A DNA stretch of 64,000 nucleotides from Chara braunii. Its lineage: Eukaryota; Plantae; Charophyceae. A program made the position numbers and the translations under genes. Below the pieces are notes generated by a model. It worked only from the letters and a program-made list of their open reading frames with translations. It did not search any database and was not told the DNA's origin. The stretch lies in assembly GCA_003427395.1 (NCBI GenBank), contig BFEA01000012.1:5973336-6037335 (forward strand), given 5' to 3'. Positions 21,586 through 34,800 of the stretch are shown here, piece after piece. Within the stretch, counting starts at the first letter, position 1, and every line of letters starts with the position of its first letter.

Positions 21586-21710
21586 CAAGTGTTCATTGAG
21601 CCTAGAGAAGGTTAACATCTCCCTTGATAAGGACGGGAATGGGCTACGGACTGCATGAACACACACGAAAGGAGCAGCATGCACAGGGTCAATCCAGATA
21701 AAATAGAAAA

Positions 21711-21833
21711 GGGACAATTGCATCTGTAGATGGGAATACCCGCTACACCCCGTCCCAGTGCAAACTTGCACCGGGACAATTGCATCTGTAGATGGGAATA
21801 CCCGCTATACCCCGTCCCAGTGCAAACTTGCAC
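21711..21833. repeat. 62-bp tandem repeat x2
   Basis: GGGACAATTGCATCTGTAGATGGGAATACCCGCTA...AAACTTGCACC twice; an inverted partial copy lies at ~21984-22003. Confidence 0.9.
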
Positions 21834-22007
21834 CTATACCCGGATTTGACCGGTGCAACTTATTTGCGTACCCAAGAATGAGGTGGACCCACGAAATTGT
21901 GGTTGTAACAAAATACCTAAATGCTCAAATTATGGTCATACCCAGGCCAAATTATGGTCATCCCAGGGACTGAGGAGGATGAGTATAGCGGGTATTCCCA
22001 TCTTTAA

Positions 22008-22641
22008 ACCACTAGTACCTAGAGCTATTTTTTTCCCTACCCTCTGGCGACCAGTCTGCCGAGTCTGTCGAGTCTGGGGGTACTGGTAGAAGGAGAGGCC
22101 GAGGCTGGAGGAACCAGTGAAAAAAAAAAAGAAAAAAGGAAAAAAAGCCAACAGCCCTAGGGACATGAACGCAGCTGGATACATTATCTGAACTGCTAGT
22201 GTGAGCATGCCTCCAGTGTGCATGTCGTACCCATCGCGTCCATGTCACAATCTATATACAAAAAAAAAAAAAAAAAGGTTGGATACATCTGCTATTGTGT
22301 CAGTGTTGGGTATGATCTCAACGAGGGCGTTGGAGTGGAGTGGAGTGGAGTGGAGTGGATCACGGGATACGCCCTGACGAAAAAAAAACAAAACAAAGAA
22401 AACCAACAAGCAAAATTTCACCGTTATACTCGTAAGATACATTGTGGACCGTAGTACCGTGACCACAGCCTCCTGACCAACCAACCTCAACTCGAGGAAA
22501 GAAGAAAAAGTATATATATATATTTTTCTCTTTTGTTTCCGTTTTGTTGCAGCGATGGACCCTTGGAGAAACGACCTCCATTTGACGCTGCCGTTAACAC
22601 GCCGCGTTGGAAAAAATATAGTTGGGCGAGGTACTAGTGGT
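22008..22641. mobile_element. Non-autonomous TIR element, 634 bp, TTAA target site
   Basis: Perfect 13-bp TIR ACCACTAGTACCT / AGGTACTAGTGGT with TTAA on both sides; no coding capacity. Confidence 0.85.
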
Positions 22642-22665
22642 TTAAGATTTGGGTTGTCATCCCCC

Positions 22666-22668
<3 letters not shown>

Positions 22669-22739
<71 letters not shown>

Positions 22740-23195
22740 NNNNNNNNNNNNNNNNNNNNNNNNNNNNNNNNNNNNNNNNNNNNNNNNNNNNNNNNNNNNN
22801 NNNNNNNNNNNNNNNNNNNNNNNNNNNNNNNNNNNNNNNNNNNNNNNNNNNNNNNNNNNNNNNNNNNNNNNNNNNNNNNNNNNNNNNNNNNNNNNNNNNN
22901 NNNNNNNNNNNNNNNNNNNNNNNNNNNNNNNNNNNNNNNNNNNNNNNNNNNNNNNNNNNNNNNNNNNNNNNNNNNNNNNNNNNNNNNNNNNNNNNNNNNN
23001 NNNNNNNNNNNNNNNNNNNNNNNNNNNNNNNNNNNNNNNNNNNNNNNNNNNNNNNNNNNNNNNNNNNNNNNNNNNNNNNNNNNNNNNNNNNNNNNNNNNN
23101 NNNNNNNNNNNNNNNNNNNNNNNNNNNNNNNNNNNNNNNNNNNNNNNNNNNNNNNNNNNNNNNNNNNNNNNNNNNNNNNNNNNNNNNNNNNNNNN

Positions 23196-23280
<85 letters not shown>
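22669..23280. repeat. (CT)n / N-gap / (AG)n microsatellites; similar gap-flanking runs at 7556-7848, 43091-43250 and 60755-61313; ungapped runs at 41103-41177 and 61935-62023
   Basis: Read directly from the sequence. Confidence 0.95.
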
Positions 23281-23282
<2 letters not shown>

Positions 23283-23380
23283 GTCAACGGGCAAGAGAGA
23301 GAGAGAGAGGAGAGAAGGGGGGGGGTAGACTTGGTTTCGAGTACGCAACTATCCCTCTCATTCGATATGAACAGTCCAAC

Positions 23381-23416
23381 CCACCTCCCGGACATCCATT
23401 AAAATTGGAGGGATAC
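23381..23416 (+). pseudogene. U6: Second U6 5' fragment
   Basis: GGACATCCATTAAAATTGGAGGGATAC, with upstream flank homologous to 21158-21218. Confidence 0.7.
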
Positions 23417-25140
23417 ATTCGATCTGAACAGTCCGACCCCCGTCGGGCATTGCAATGAATTACCACAGACAAACTCTTGCAATTACCGACAATTTCGACC
23501 ATGACTAAGGGTATTGAACTCAACGGCGAGTGGATCCTAATTGAAAAACCTAGAGACGAACAACATGCCAATCGTGGCTGAAAATTATGACCGAAAATCC
23601 CCGAACACGGACAACGACTGAATCACGGTTGAAGACCTCAAACTCGAACAAGAAATCGATCGATCATGGCTATAGAGTTCAAACATGACCGATAATTCAA
23701 TCATGATTATCGTGACGAGCAGAATGACGAAGGCGGATGAGGTCGGTCGCAAACCCGTCGATGCATTGGACGACATCGCACCTTTGATTCACATTGAACA
23801 ACATGTCTTGGGTGTTTGTCCTATATGTCGACCTCATTGTAACTGTGCGCGTCGTTTTTCTCCCCCTATTTCACTACCCTCTCGCCCATGCGACATCGCA
23901 TTCGCCCTTCCCCCTATGTCACCTTCCCATCCGCTTTTCACGTTCTCCATACCCCATTGTTCTGCTACCATCTTGTCGTCTGTTTTGTCACGACTTCGCT
24001 CCTCCCTTCATCTGCAGTCGCCCAAACGTTGCTCAACGAGCATTTCGGCAGTTTGGAATAACCCATGTTCATTTTTTTTTTGACTGTCGACTCACACGCT
24101 TCTTTATTCTGGTGTCTGTACAACCCAACCCACACTCTATGCAAAGGATAACTTATCCTTGTCACATGCAAAACGAACAACAAGGGTCGGGGAGATCGTG
24201 AGCATAATGGTGACATCACACCCACCTGGACCCACCCCCACTCGGTGGCCGGGTTCATTCAATTCTCCCCGCATGAGGTCAACACCCTTTCATCCATCTT
24301 TTTCCTTATCTCTCATGACTTAACCTGCCTTATTCGATAGGAACTTTTCATCCATATCTTACCAACTTGTTGGACTACCCGCAACACTCAGTTTGCTGGT
24401 ACCAGATTTCATATTTGTGACCCTCATGTTTGATAAACATTAAAAAGCTAAAGGTATGTAATGACATCTCTGGCCTCAAACCACCACCACCTTTCTCAAT
24501 GTTGGGAAAAATGAGAAAATAGCATAATCCGAACATTCAGAAGGTCTCTCGGAGTCTCGACAAAAAAAAAAAAACTTTAGGCCCTATCGACACACTTAAG
24601 AAAAAAAAAAAAAAAAAAACTTTATGGACTTCAATGATGCTGGAGAAGGTTGTCCGAGGACATGCTTACACTCCTTTTCTCCATAATGGATCTCACAATT
24701 ATAACAGTGAGATTCTCAACGAGTCTTTTTTTTTTTTTAACGAGTTTCCTTCAAGGCTCAAGCAAGACAGGGCACATTTCGTGATGTGCTATAACGCCCT
24801 CATTGAGGGCATACTCACACTAACACTTCAAAAAATGTATCCAACCAATTTCAAGGTCAAAGTTGTTTTCCTTTTTTTTTTTGTTCTCTTTCTCTTTCTT
24901 AAATTTGACAACAGGGTTGAGACGCCCTCAATGGCGGCATACTCACCCTAGCACTTCGGAAAATGTATTCAACTGCATTCATGCCATAGCGTATTTGCTT
25001 TTCGTTTTTGTCCTCGTTCATTTTCAAATGTCGTGATAACGCTGACAATCTGAGTGGTCTAGAATCTTTTTTCTGGAAACATAACAAAGCTATCAACACT
25101 ACGCGTCAAATCTTCAGTGCTTTGCAGGCGCTCGCAAGAG

Positions 25141-25215
25141 ATCAAGTTCTTAGAATGATCTTAGAACCTATTTATGAACCCCGCTTTTCCACTTATTCAC
25201 ATGGCTTACCGTCAG
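25141..25215 (+). pseudogene. Group II intron maturase/RT fragment (organellar type)
   Basis: QVLRMILEPIYEPRFSTYSHG matches the conserved ILEPIYE...SHGFRPGR block. Confidence 0.85.
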
Positions 25216-25651
25216 GTCAGGCGGCCAATAAGACACTAACCCCATCCCCGCGTCCGGGGGGACGCGTGGATGAGCGCATACATAAATAAAATAAGCTGCT
25301 TGTTTTGTTGTGGTGGCTGCGTTGACTCTTTTGGGTGAGTTGCATTCTTAGATCCCATTTCGGGATGAGAGCATTTGGTGGAATCGGCACATAACAGGGG
25401 GTAGCGACTGTTTATTAAAAACACAGGACAGTTTTACGTGTAGAAGCAAATTCTCCAAATTTATGACCAACCATATCTTCAGTAATCTGTAAACCAACAA
25501 AATATTTTCCGTTATAAACTTGTGCATAATAACCGACAAATTTAGGCAAAATACAAGATCTACGTGACCAAATTTTCCAACTCTAGCGAGCCACACGCGA
25601 ATGTTTTTTCAACAGACAAGCATCTGTAAGTCGCTAACTAAGGACCTCCGT

Positions 25652-25714
25652 GAGAGCTGTATGCGAGGAAACTTGCACATACGGTTCGGGAAAGGCTCTC
25701 TGATGCCTATCTAT
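25652..25714 (+). ncRNA. Group II intron domains V-VI (NUMT remnant)
   Basis: GAGAGCTGTATGCGAGGAAACTTGCACATACGGTTCGG (DV with AGC triad and GAAA loop), followed by a short DVI ending CTAT. Confidence 0.9.
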
Positions 25715-25745
25715 GTATGAAGGCGTCAGTTATGCTATTTCACTC

Positions 25746-25832
25746 AAAGATTTAGTAGGTTGGGTAGCCTTTGCAATATTTTTGTCCATTTTTGTTTTTT
25801 ATGCACCTAACGTATTGGGACATCCTGACAAT
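25746..25832 (+). pseudogene. cob: Mitochondrial cytochrome b exon fragment (NUMT)
   Basis: KDLVGWVAFAIFLSIFVFYAPNVLGHPDN is the plant-type COB helix E region. Confidence 0.93.
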
Positions 25833-28800
25833 GAAATAAATTGTTTTTTTTTCTATAAGAGTACCAGCAAAGAAAATATAGCGGGACCTAGACTCGACAA
25901 AACTCAATGCGCACTGAAATTCAAGGTTGACAAAATTAGGATCGAAGGTAGTGGTGGTTTAAGTACTTGACTTTTGAGCCTATTTTTTTTACGCATATGA
26001 ATTGAGGGAGAATTACACATGAGAAATCGTTTTTGTCCAACAGAACCCCTCTGTAGGATCAGCGTGTGGCCTATGCTCGACTCCTCAACATTCATGGTTG
26101 GTACCTGAATAGCATTGGAAATATCACTCTTCTATGGACGATTGAGTTTCTTGCAAATAAAAACTATTCATTATTTCCTTGTTATGATTAATTGTAGAAC
26201 GGTTATGTCCCCATAGTCAGATTCCATTAAGCTAACATCTGATCGTTGCTTGCTTCCTCACAAGAATCAAGAGAATATGTAAGTATGACACACTTCGATA
26301 CAGCTCCGCCTGAGTGCGCCAACTATGTCTTTGCCTCCCCCCCGAAGGACAGAATAGGCCTTGAGGCATAACTTACCTCCACCCAAGGAGTTGTCACCAT
26401 CCTTAAACGGGCGTAGCCCTGTTGGATTACTGCCCCATGCATTGCAGTTTTACTTGTCGTGCCAGAGATGAGGCAACCAAGGACATTTCTCGTCAATTGT
26501 AATATCGGTGCATGACGCGAACACCCAAGACTGACCCGCGTTGATCTTTTGACCAACTCATGATTCACGTTAACTCAATCCAATATACTTTCCACACGCG
26601 ATGTTTTAATTTCTACATTGAATATTGTCTGTTTTTAGCTCATAATATTTTTACATTTCTGATTCATATCTATACTAGCATGTGTCTTATATAAGTAACT
26701 TGAAGGAGTGACTTTGGTAAAACAAAAAAATTACCCTAATGATACGCGATGCGATGCTCGTCTATCTGCAACCAGACATGGAACTAAGGACTTTGTGCAC
26801 CATAAGGGTATATTGAAGTGAGTCGAGCTTCAAGAATTGGGATGATCGAAAAATCAGTTGTCCCGTGCTATACCCAATGTTTTTTTATATGTGAGGATTT
26901 GTGGTATGTCATGCACTTGCGACCGATGCACTCGACAACAAGGTCGACGAGTCCGACAAAGAAAAAAGAGGTAAGTGCAAGAGATATTTGAACCACTTTA
27001 CGGGGTATTAAACCCAAACACATCGAATTAGTTGTGTTTGACATTTTCAATTTTTCTTTATTTGTTGATTTTGAACTTTCTTTTATTTTTTTAGTTTTTT
27101 CAGTTTATCACGCTAGTTCTCTGATCTTATGTAGCTTGGGGTACGTCAGTCATTGTGTAGTATAGCAAGTGCTGTATTTTTCAAAAGTCACTTTGAGGTA
27201 AGTAGAGCTAATGGTTTTGGAAAATCAACACATAAATTAAACGTTACAAGGAGTAGTTATCCTCTCGACTTGAGATGCAGGGCTCAAAGGTTGAGCGCAG
27301 GTAAGATTTTACCTACCAGAATAGATGTCCGATTGCTACAAGTTGTAAAGTCCTTGAACACCTTTATGACACGTTCAATGCATGAAAGTTATGTGTTCAA
27401 CCTCGCAGTTGAGCTTGGGTTGTGATCACACAGTGACACAGTGCCACAAGTAATGCACTAATATGCAATTTCATTTTTCTACAATGGAGATTAAGAGTTG
27501 TATTATCATTTTTTTTTATATCGCAATATCGACATTTTGTAAAATGGTTTATCATATGAACATCACACGTCCCCATTGAGTACTCTTTTCTTATACTTAG
27601 ATTTTTAATCGATAGATAACATGGAGGCATGAAGGAGTTTCTCAGTTTCATAAAAACTCTCACCAGTATTTGTCTGACAATGTCATACTGTTGCCAACAA
27701 TTCTTGAAGTGTATTGTCGGAAAAAAAAACATGTATGTTGCTTGACAAGAAATCATCGATGTGCTATGTTAGCAGAATCAGCTAAAAAATGGTGAGAAGG
27801 CTTAATCGGCAGGGCATCAGTCGCTGCTTTCGATGTTTAATCTTCACTTGTGTGTATGTGGGGAGGGGAAAACTGATATCATATAATTCCTTGAAGTGTT
27901 GTAAGTTGTTTTTCGTCGTTGAGGAGAAGGGGTTGAGGTGGAGGCTTCAATACTATTTCGTCGAAGATGGATTCCAAAAGTCGCCGAAAACCATGAGACT
28001 ATATATCTGTCGTTTCCGAAGGCTCCTTGGCCTAGGTCATTTTCAAAGGCTCCTCGACAAATCAGGTCGAGGAGGGATGGCCGGGTACCATCTCTTCATA
28101 GACGAATTGCGCAACTCGATAATGTGGGTGAAGCTCTAAAATAGGGTACTTCCAATCATCGTACCTCGAATCAAATCATAGATACTGCTGAAGAGATTGG
28201 AAAGAAAAATGTAGAGAGCTTATTAGAAAGCAAGAGCGAACGTCCAAATAATGACCTCGATGAGGTCGCCCTCTCCAATAAAAACTTAATGCATCTGCAA
28301 ACCATTATGAAAATCACCACTTTGGTTTGGGATGGTTGTCCATAAGGTTGCAGTAGCAGTTCCCTTGTCTGACCTCTTCGTTGTCTTACCACCGTCTTCT
28401 ACTGTCTCTGTTGCCTGCCCCATAGTTGTCTACTTCGCTACCCATTGCCCCCATCAAGGGAACCACAAGTGAGGTGTAGATGCAGGCATATGCCAATCAA
28501 ACCCTCGTGCTCATGATGCAAGAGAACCTTAAGCAACAACAAGAATTTTGTGCATGAGCGCGGACGTTGTTGCGTAATTGGAATTCCATGTCGATACAAC
28601 AATGTCCCCAAGCTGTTGTTACACGTTGTCGGAGGGCACGATGTCCTAACCCTCTGCGGTGTACCAGTCACACCTTGCTCATGAGTTTTCACAGTGTAAC
28701 AAACGCGCCTTATACACGATTTGTTCCTGGACCAGTCCTGGTTGGCGCTCCTATAGCAAAAGGAAGGGGTGCATCACTGGACTTTCCTTTGGTCGACGCA

Positions 28801-30193
28801 GGTTTGGCGCCCTCCTAAATAGTAGAGCATGATCGGTTTGTGCTCATGGTAGCCATCGGGCTCGCCTAGGGACGCGATAGTGAAAAACTCGACGCAGTCT
28901 TTTCAACTGTGCGCCAAACCCCTTTTGCCGAGTTATGGGATAAAACGTTGTAGTCACTGTCACGGTCAAAAAGAAAGATGCAAATGGAAGGAGAAAAATG
29001 AAAAGAGGAAAAAAAAAAAAAATGGAGTGTCGCGCTTTAGATCTGTTCCTCGATCTAGACCATCATATTAGTCCGGGAGCCCCTTTTGGTTAATCGAGTT
29101 GCGTTATGAGTTTATGACAAATCATTTAATTTCCTTTTCTTTTAATGTATTTTTTCAATATTTTTCCCCCTTATGTTACCTCGCAGGGAAACGAACGGTT
29201 CACTTTTGAATCCGAAAGCAACGAGTGGACGACCTAGACTGGTAAGATCCTTTGTAATTTCTCTTACCATGGGTATAATTTACCATGCGTCGCGGACCGG
29301 GCCTTAAATATAGGGTTCCCACGGCTGCTTTGGTAGGAAGCTTCTCACCTCCATGGATGGTTATAAGCCCCCTCCTTGCCATTAGACACGAGCCCCTAAT
29401 GATGGTATTTGATGATCCTCTTTAAAAGAGAGAAGCCGATGGTTGGTATCCCATTATGCCAGTGGGACAGCTGTGCGCCACACTAACGGTCCTGATAGTT
29501 AGTCTCAAAGTCATGCTTGGGTAATAACCGTTGAGAACAAAGATTAATTTTGTTTCATTTTTTTTATCTTAATTATTATTAAATAAAGAATGTATGATTG
29601 TAATATTTTTCTGATTTGACTAATATTTCAAGACGTATACTTTAGGTCCCTCGTTAAGTACACAAGGGTTGTGAAGCTTTGAGAACTTATAAAATGGTAA
29701 TGGTTGAGCCATTCTGCTATTGACTTAGACTAGCTTATGGGGACGCGCACTGCTGCTACACTGTGCTACTAGTTGGGATAGCAATGCAGGGGGGCGAGGT
29801 GCTCAGGCCTCAGCTATTGGAGTTTAGTTGTCAAGTGCCTTGCACGTGCTGTGTGAGTGAAAACGCAGGTAGTCGCTGATGGCTTTAAACGTTGGCTATT
29901 GCGAAAAGGTGGCTATAGCATGCTGAAAGGGGTTAGAGGGATATAGGCGAGAGGTTTTGAGGCTCCTTGTACGTTCGACCTTAGTGTCAGGGGATGACCC
30001 TTGGATCACGGCAATCCTCAATTTCGATGGCGACAAAGCAAAATTAAAGAGTCAATGTCGAAAGGAAAAAAAGGAAGGGATGACGAAGGATTAGAAGTTG
30101 CAGACCATAATTACTCAGGCCAAGAACAGAGCACAGAGGAGGTTTCAACGAGACCATGTTACCGCGCAACTCGAAGTAACGATCGCTTACCAT

Positions 30194-30286
30194 GAGACAG
30201 GGACCTCGATGGGAACTACAGGGAGAGACAGGGACCTCGATGGGAACTACAGAGAGAGACAGGGACCTCGATGGGAACTACAGAGA
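30194..30286. repeat. 31-33-bp minisatellite x3
   Basis: GAGACAGGGACCTCGATGGGAACTACAG repeated three times. Confidence 0.9.
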
Positions 30287-31055
30287 GGGAGCAACATGAC
30301 CTGAACCGAGACTCCAAAGCAGAGTCTGAGGCAAGTGACGTGGAGACAGTCCTGGCACGGGCTGGATTAGTGGCAACGGGACCATCCACCCACCAGACCT
30401 GTGGAGGACGGCCCTGAGGATAGCTCGCATCGACGGAGATATCGAGTCTACGGGAAGGTTACGGATTGCGAGAGAGGTCATCGAGAACGAATAGGGTACT
30501 GACCGTTTAAACTCACACAAAAATCATCTTTCACTGAATTGGTTGTACAGGTGGACGCTCCTTTAAGTTGACGTCATCTATGCCTTCGTTCGATCTATGT
30601 CATTGCTGCGACCATCTCAGTCATATTGAGATGTAAGCGAACGAGTGAACGAGGTATCAGTAATGTGAGTAAGGAACGCGATATACTAACAGTAGGTGCA
30701 AGTTTCCAAAGGGACCCGAGAGTGTAACTTGCGTGAGCGTACTGTTGACGTCATTCGTACTGCTCTTATGTCCTCTTCAACTTCTGCAGCCCAGTTGAGA
30801 GCTGACATGCCGCACTGAGTACTGACGACATGCACGAGCGATGGCAGAGCTTCGTGAAGAGTCTACTTGGTTAGGGTGAGAGACAACAGTGTGGTATGGT
30901 ATACGAACGAGAAAAGGGGTATCATCACAATCAGACCTACGAGAGACTTCGCTCGAGAGTTCTGCGCTGAAGCTGTTAGCCGCGCAGTCTCCATGGTCTT
31001 CAGCTCGGCCTGTGTCATCTGATGTATCTCACTTATAGTTGCCATGATGAGTTAA

Positions 31056-31889
31056 ACCACCAGTTCACGGACTCCTACTATTCACCAAAATGCAGTACAC
31101 TGCGACCGTGGCAAGATGAACAGTGATACGGCACGACCCAGGTTAGAAGGGAATAGGCTGGTAAGCCCAAAAAAATCAATTGAAAGCAAAAAAAAAAAAA
31201 AAAANNNNNNNNNNNNNNNNNNNNNNNNNNNNNNNNNNNNNNNNNNNNNNNNNNNNNNNNNNNNNNNNNNNNNNNNNNNNNNNNNNNNNNNNNNNNNNNN
31301 NNNNNNNNNNNNNNNNNNNNNNNNNNNNNNNNNNGGGGGGGGGGACCATTTGAACATAATATCCATCCGATTCATTATGGAAAGGGGCATTCCTGAAAAT
31401 GTAAATAGGAGGAAAGAAGCAAAAGGAAAAAAAGGAAAAAGAAATGAAATAGTATACCCTTAGTGAGGGTTGTTCCTAATAATGTGGAAAACGTCTGCCT
31501 TGCTGGCAGGGCACTAAAAGAGAGCAGAAGGGGAAAAAAAAGACAATGATTCGTCCCTAATAGTGGTCAGACACATTCTGGACAACACTATTATGAGTAT
31601 GCCCTAGGCCAGATGCCTTCCTCCACGTCCCTTTTTTGCATCTATTTTCTGTCTCTTTCATGAAACGGTAATAGACTGTGTTCATCACTGATCTGGATTT
31701 AGTTTTTTTTTTTTTTTTTTTTTCTTGTCTTTTTGGTGCCATCTGATGGCTTGAGGTACAACACTCAAGTTTCTAGGCAGCCTGGTACCGGTAGCCCGAT
31801 ATTTTTCTTTTCAGCCTCTCATTGCAGCAGTTAGGCTAGGAAAAGTGTGACTTTTGGTTCGTCAATTTAGGTTCGTGTGAACTGGTGAT
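31056..31889. mobile_element. Non-autonomous TIR element, TTAA target site (spans an N-gap)
   Basis: TTAA|ACCACCAGTTCAC ... GTGAACTGGTGAT|TTAA (12/13 TIR match). Confidence 0.75.
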
Positions 31890-34800
31890 TTAAGTGCTGA
31901 CACGAGAGGCGGAGTACGAGCAGCGGGTACGTGAGGATCGAAGTCGGACTTCATGAGATCATGGGTTTAAACCTGAGTATGAATATGAGCTTGGGCGCGA
32001 GCGAGTTGTTGGCATCATTCCTCCTTTTTGCTCTATCAGTTTTAATAGTCATCGCATAAACCTCTGAAGCTGTTGTGATAGTGCAAAGTCCTGAGTGTTG
32101 TCAACATGCGATAGAATGAGGTGATGAGATGAAGAGCAAATGCACTATTGCACTGGATGCTAGCACTAGGCACAGTTGTTTGAAGTCGGATTTTACGAGT
32201 CACTCGAGAGAGACTTGCTTGCTTCTTGCTGTTGACGTCATTTGAAAACTGATTTGCACATTTTTCATTAACGGAGTAGCAATCACTATACGACAATTGT
32301 TGTGCACTCCCCATCTCTATTGGCAACGAGTAGGACAATATTCGGTCTAGGCACTAATAAGAAAAGAGTGTGAATATGAATGTTCCAAAGGGTCACACAA
32401 GTGGTTAATGGGCTGAGATTTACAAAATTTCTCGAGATTTTTGAAATTAGGATGTTAAGGAAATTCCATGAAAATGCACTTTTGCCTTGCTGTTTTACAG
32501 TTGTTTTTGTGACTTTTTTTTTTCCATTTATTCTTTTGCAAATAGTTAATATTGACTCCACTCTATAAATTGGTGGCCAGTTCAGTTAAAATGACCCTTG
32601 CATTTTGTTATAAATGAAATGAGTAATTGTTTGAAAATTGAGGCCTTCGTTAACCGCTTCTCAAGGGTCAGGCATGAGGGCTTAACCAACGACGTCTCTC
32701 GCCTCTTTGTGCTACCTGTACCTCTATTATTACTCAAACTTTCACTCATCGAGACGAGGAGGCCCTGAAACAAGTAATGAAAGTAAAGTAGTAGGTGTAC
32801 ATATATGTTAGGTGCTAGAAGATAAGAGTGATGACACGTGAGGTCGGTTGTCCTACGAGAACAAACACGTAAGCCTACTGTCAAAGTTGTCGGAACCATC
32901 ACATGTGCTGCGAAGTGGTGATTACAACCAAGAATTGATGCATGCAGGGTAACTAAAGCCTTTCTGATATCCGCGTTTTGTCTTCCTTACCATCATTAAC
33001 AATGATATCCTAGCAGCCTATTCATTACTCTTGGCGAGATCTTTCATGTTCCCTCGTCATAATCTTGATGGGCAATGTTCCTGGTAATCTATTGTTGTCT
33101 ACTGTTGAAGTAGTGATTGTAGAAGTTGATAATTCATTGTCGGCGCATTTCTTACAAACCTTGTCAGGGCAATGATCTTACCTAGACTTTATGCCGGTGA
33201 ACATATGTGTGACCGCACAAAGACTTTTGTCGATAATGCTATGACACTGGTTTCGTCTTGTGACGACAAAGTTCTAACACCACTAAGTTCAGATTGATGA
33301 AAGGGCTCAAGTTCAAGCTACTGAAAAATACTCATTGTGCTACATTGATTGGGGAAAATTATTACGTAGAGCTACACATGATCTCCTGTCTGGTGAAGTT
33401 TAAATGGTGGGAGAATGCATTTCTTCTTACCAAGGGACTTCAAATTTTGCTCTGAGTGACATGTGAACGAGAATCATTTAAAAATATACTTTTCTCTCTC
33501 TTGATTCACCAAAGCTTCCATATGCCCATCCTTGACTTACCTTGCCGTGAGAGCTTCCTCATGGTGGTAAATTTTTGGTTTGAGTTCTCGCGTGTGTAAG
33601 GAAGGTTGATAAACGAACACCCTAATTGAGTTTGGCGAGCTCGATGATAAATGATAAACTCTAAGGCTTACCAATTTAGTTATAGCCTACTAATTAAAAA
33701 ATTGTAGTAAATCGTCGTTTCACCTTTAGTGGGAAGTTGACCTTTGTGGAGGGGGAATATTAAAAGTTATCTAGCTTTCCCAATTCACTAGTATTTATTG
33801 ATGAGCAAGAAGCAACGTGTCTTAAAAGAGTTGCCTACCTACTCGTTAAGTTTTTATTTAACGGTGATTGATTAAAAAAAAAACATCATCATAAGCATTT
33901 GACAAAAAAAGGAATGCTAAAGCAAATCAGCAGATGGTCATTTTCAGCAAAAACTTCCCTTTTGTTCAATCAATCATTGAAATGAATTATCAAATCCAAG
34001 ACTTATTTCTGCACCTAATAACTTTTATCAGTTCTGCATCTTGCAACTCTCTACGCTATAAATGAATAGCGTCCTTAGAGTTGATGCTTGTACTGCGCAT
34101 TGATGAGATTTAACCAACACAATGAAAGAACAATCCTTTTCGTTGTCAGCTGGTTTGATTTATTCTATCATAATTATTTTACTTCATTTCAACCACCTCG
34201 CTTCGCCAAGTGATAGGTAAAAATGAGCAGTACTTGAGTGACATTTCAATGAACCTAAGAACTGTGGGGTTCCCCGTCGAATGGTACATTGTGTAATATT
34301 TGAGTAGGGTGTACGAACGGTAGCACCCCGCATACTTTTCAAGTGAGGATTCATTGTCAGTAGTGCGTTGTGCGCTAACTGAGTAGAATCTATTGCCTGT
34401 AAAACACTATGCACGACTAGAATGAAGTCCCCCATCTGCGCGATAAAACATTATGTAATCCTAACCTCCACTGGAAACGACAAACAACAAATAGTCTATT
34501 GACAGTACTTGCAGCAAATAGTTTGTTGAGAGTCCTTGTAGTATGTTGCTTTGCTGGAAAGGCTAGCAATAAGGCAACTCACCATCAACCAGGGAACTGG
34601 CAAGGGATTATGTGATTAAATTATAGAGAATAGAATGGGTTTTCAACAACTCTCCCATCGTGTTACGAGACTGCAAAGCAAACGATGGTCTCATTATCCT
34701 TTCAATTAATTTACTTCCAAGATTATTCTCGATAAAGTTTTGAGGAAATTATGTATAGCAAGTATACTCTCGTGATGCCCCATCTCCTCCGTTGAGACAA

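Larger units (their letters stand above)
24480..25958. mobile_element. TTAA-family TIR element containing mitochondrial DNA
   Basis: TCAA|ACCACCACCACCT ... AGGTAGTGGTGGT|TTAA; the right end is homologous to the end at 2742. Confidence 0.6.

Noticed and set aside
22245-23458. Long ORFs spanning N-runs and (GA)n (also 7313-8013, 42889-43505, 60673-61698)
   Set aside because: These are artefacts of gaps and microsatellites.
25713-25970. Functional cob gene or mitochondrial contig
   Set aside because: Only 29 codons are present, interrupted and truncated, and embedded among nuclear repeats.
30194-30286. CRISPR-like ~30-bp repeats
   Set aside because: The repeats are head-to-tail with no unique spacers, no cas genes, and a eukaryotic context.
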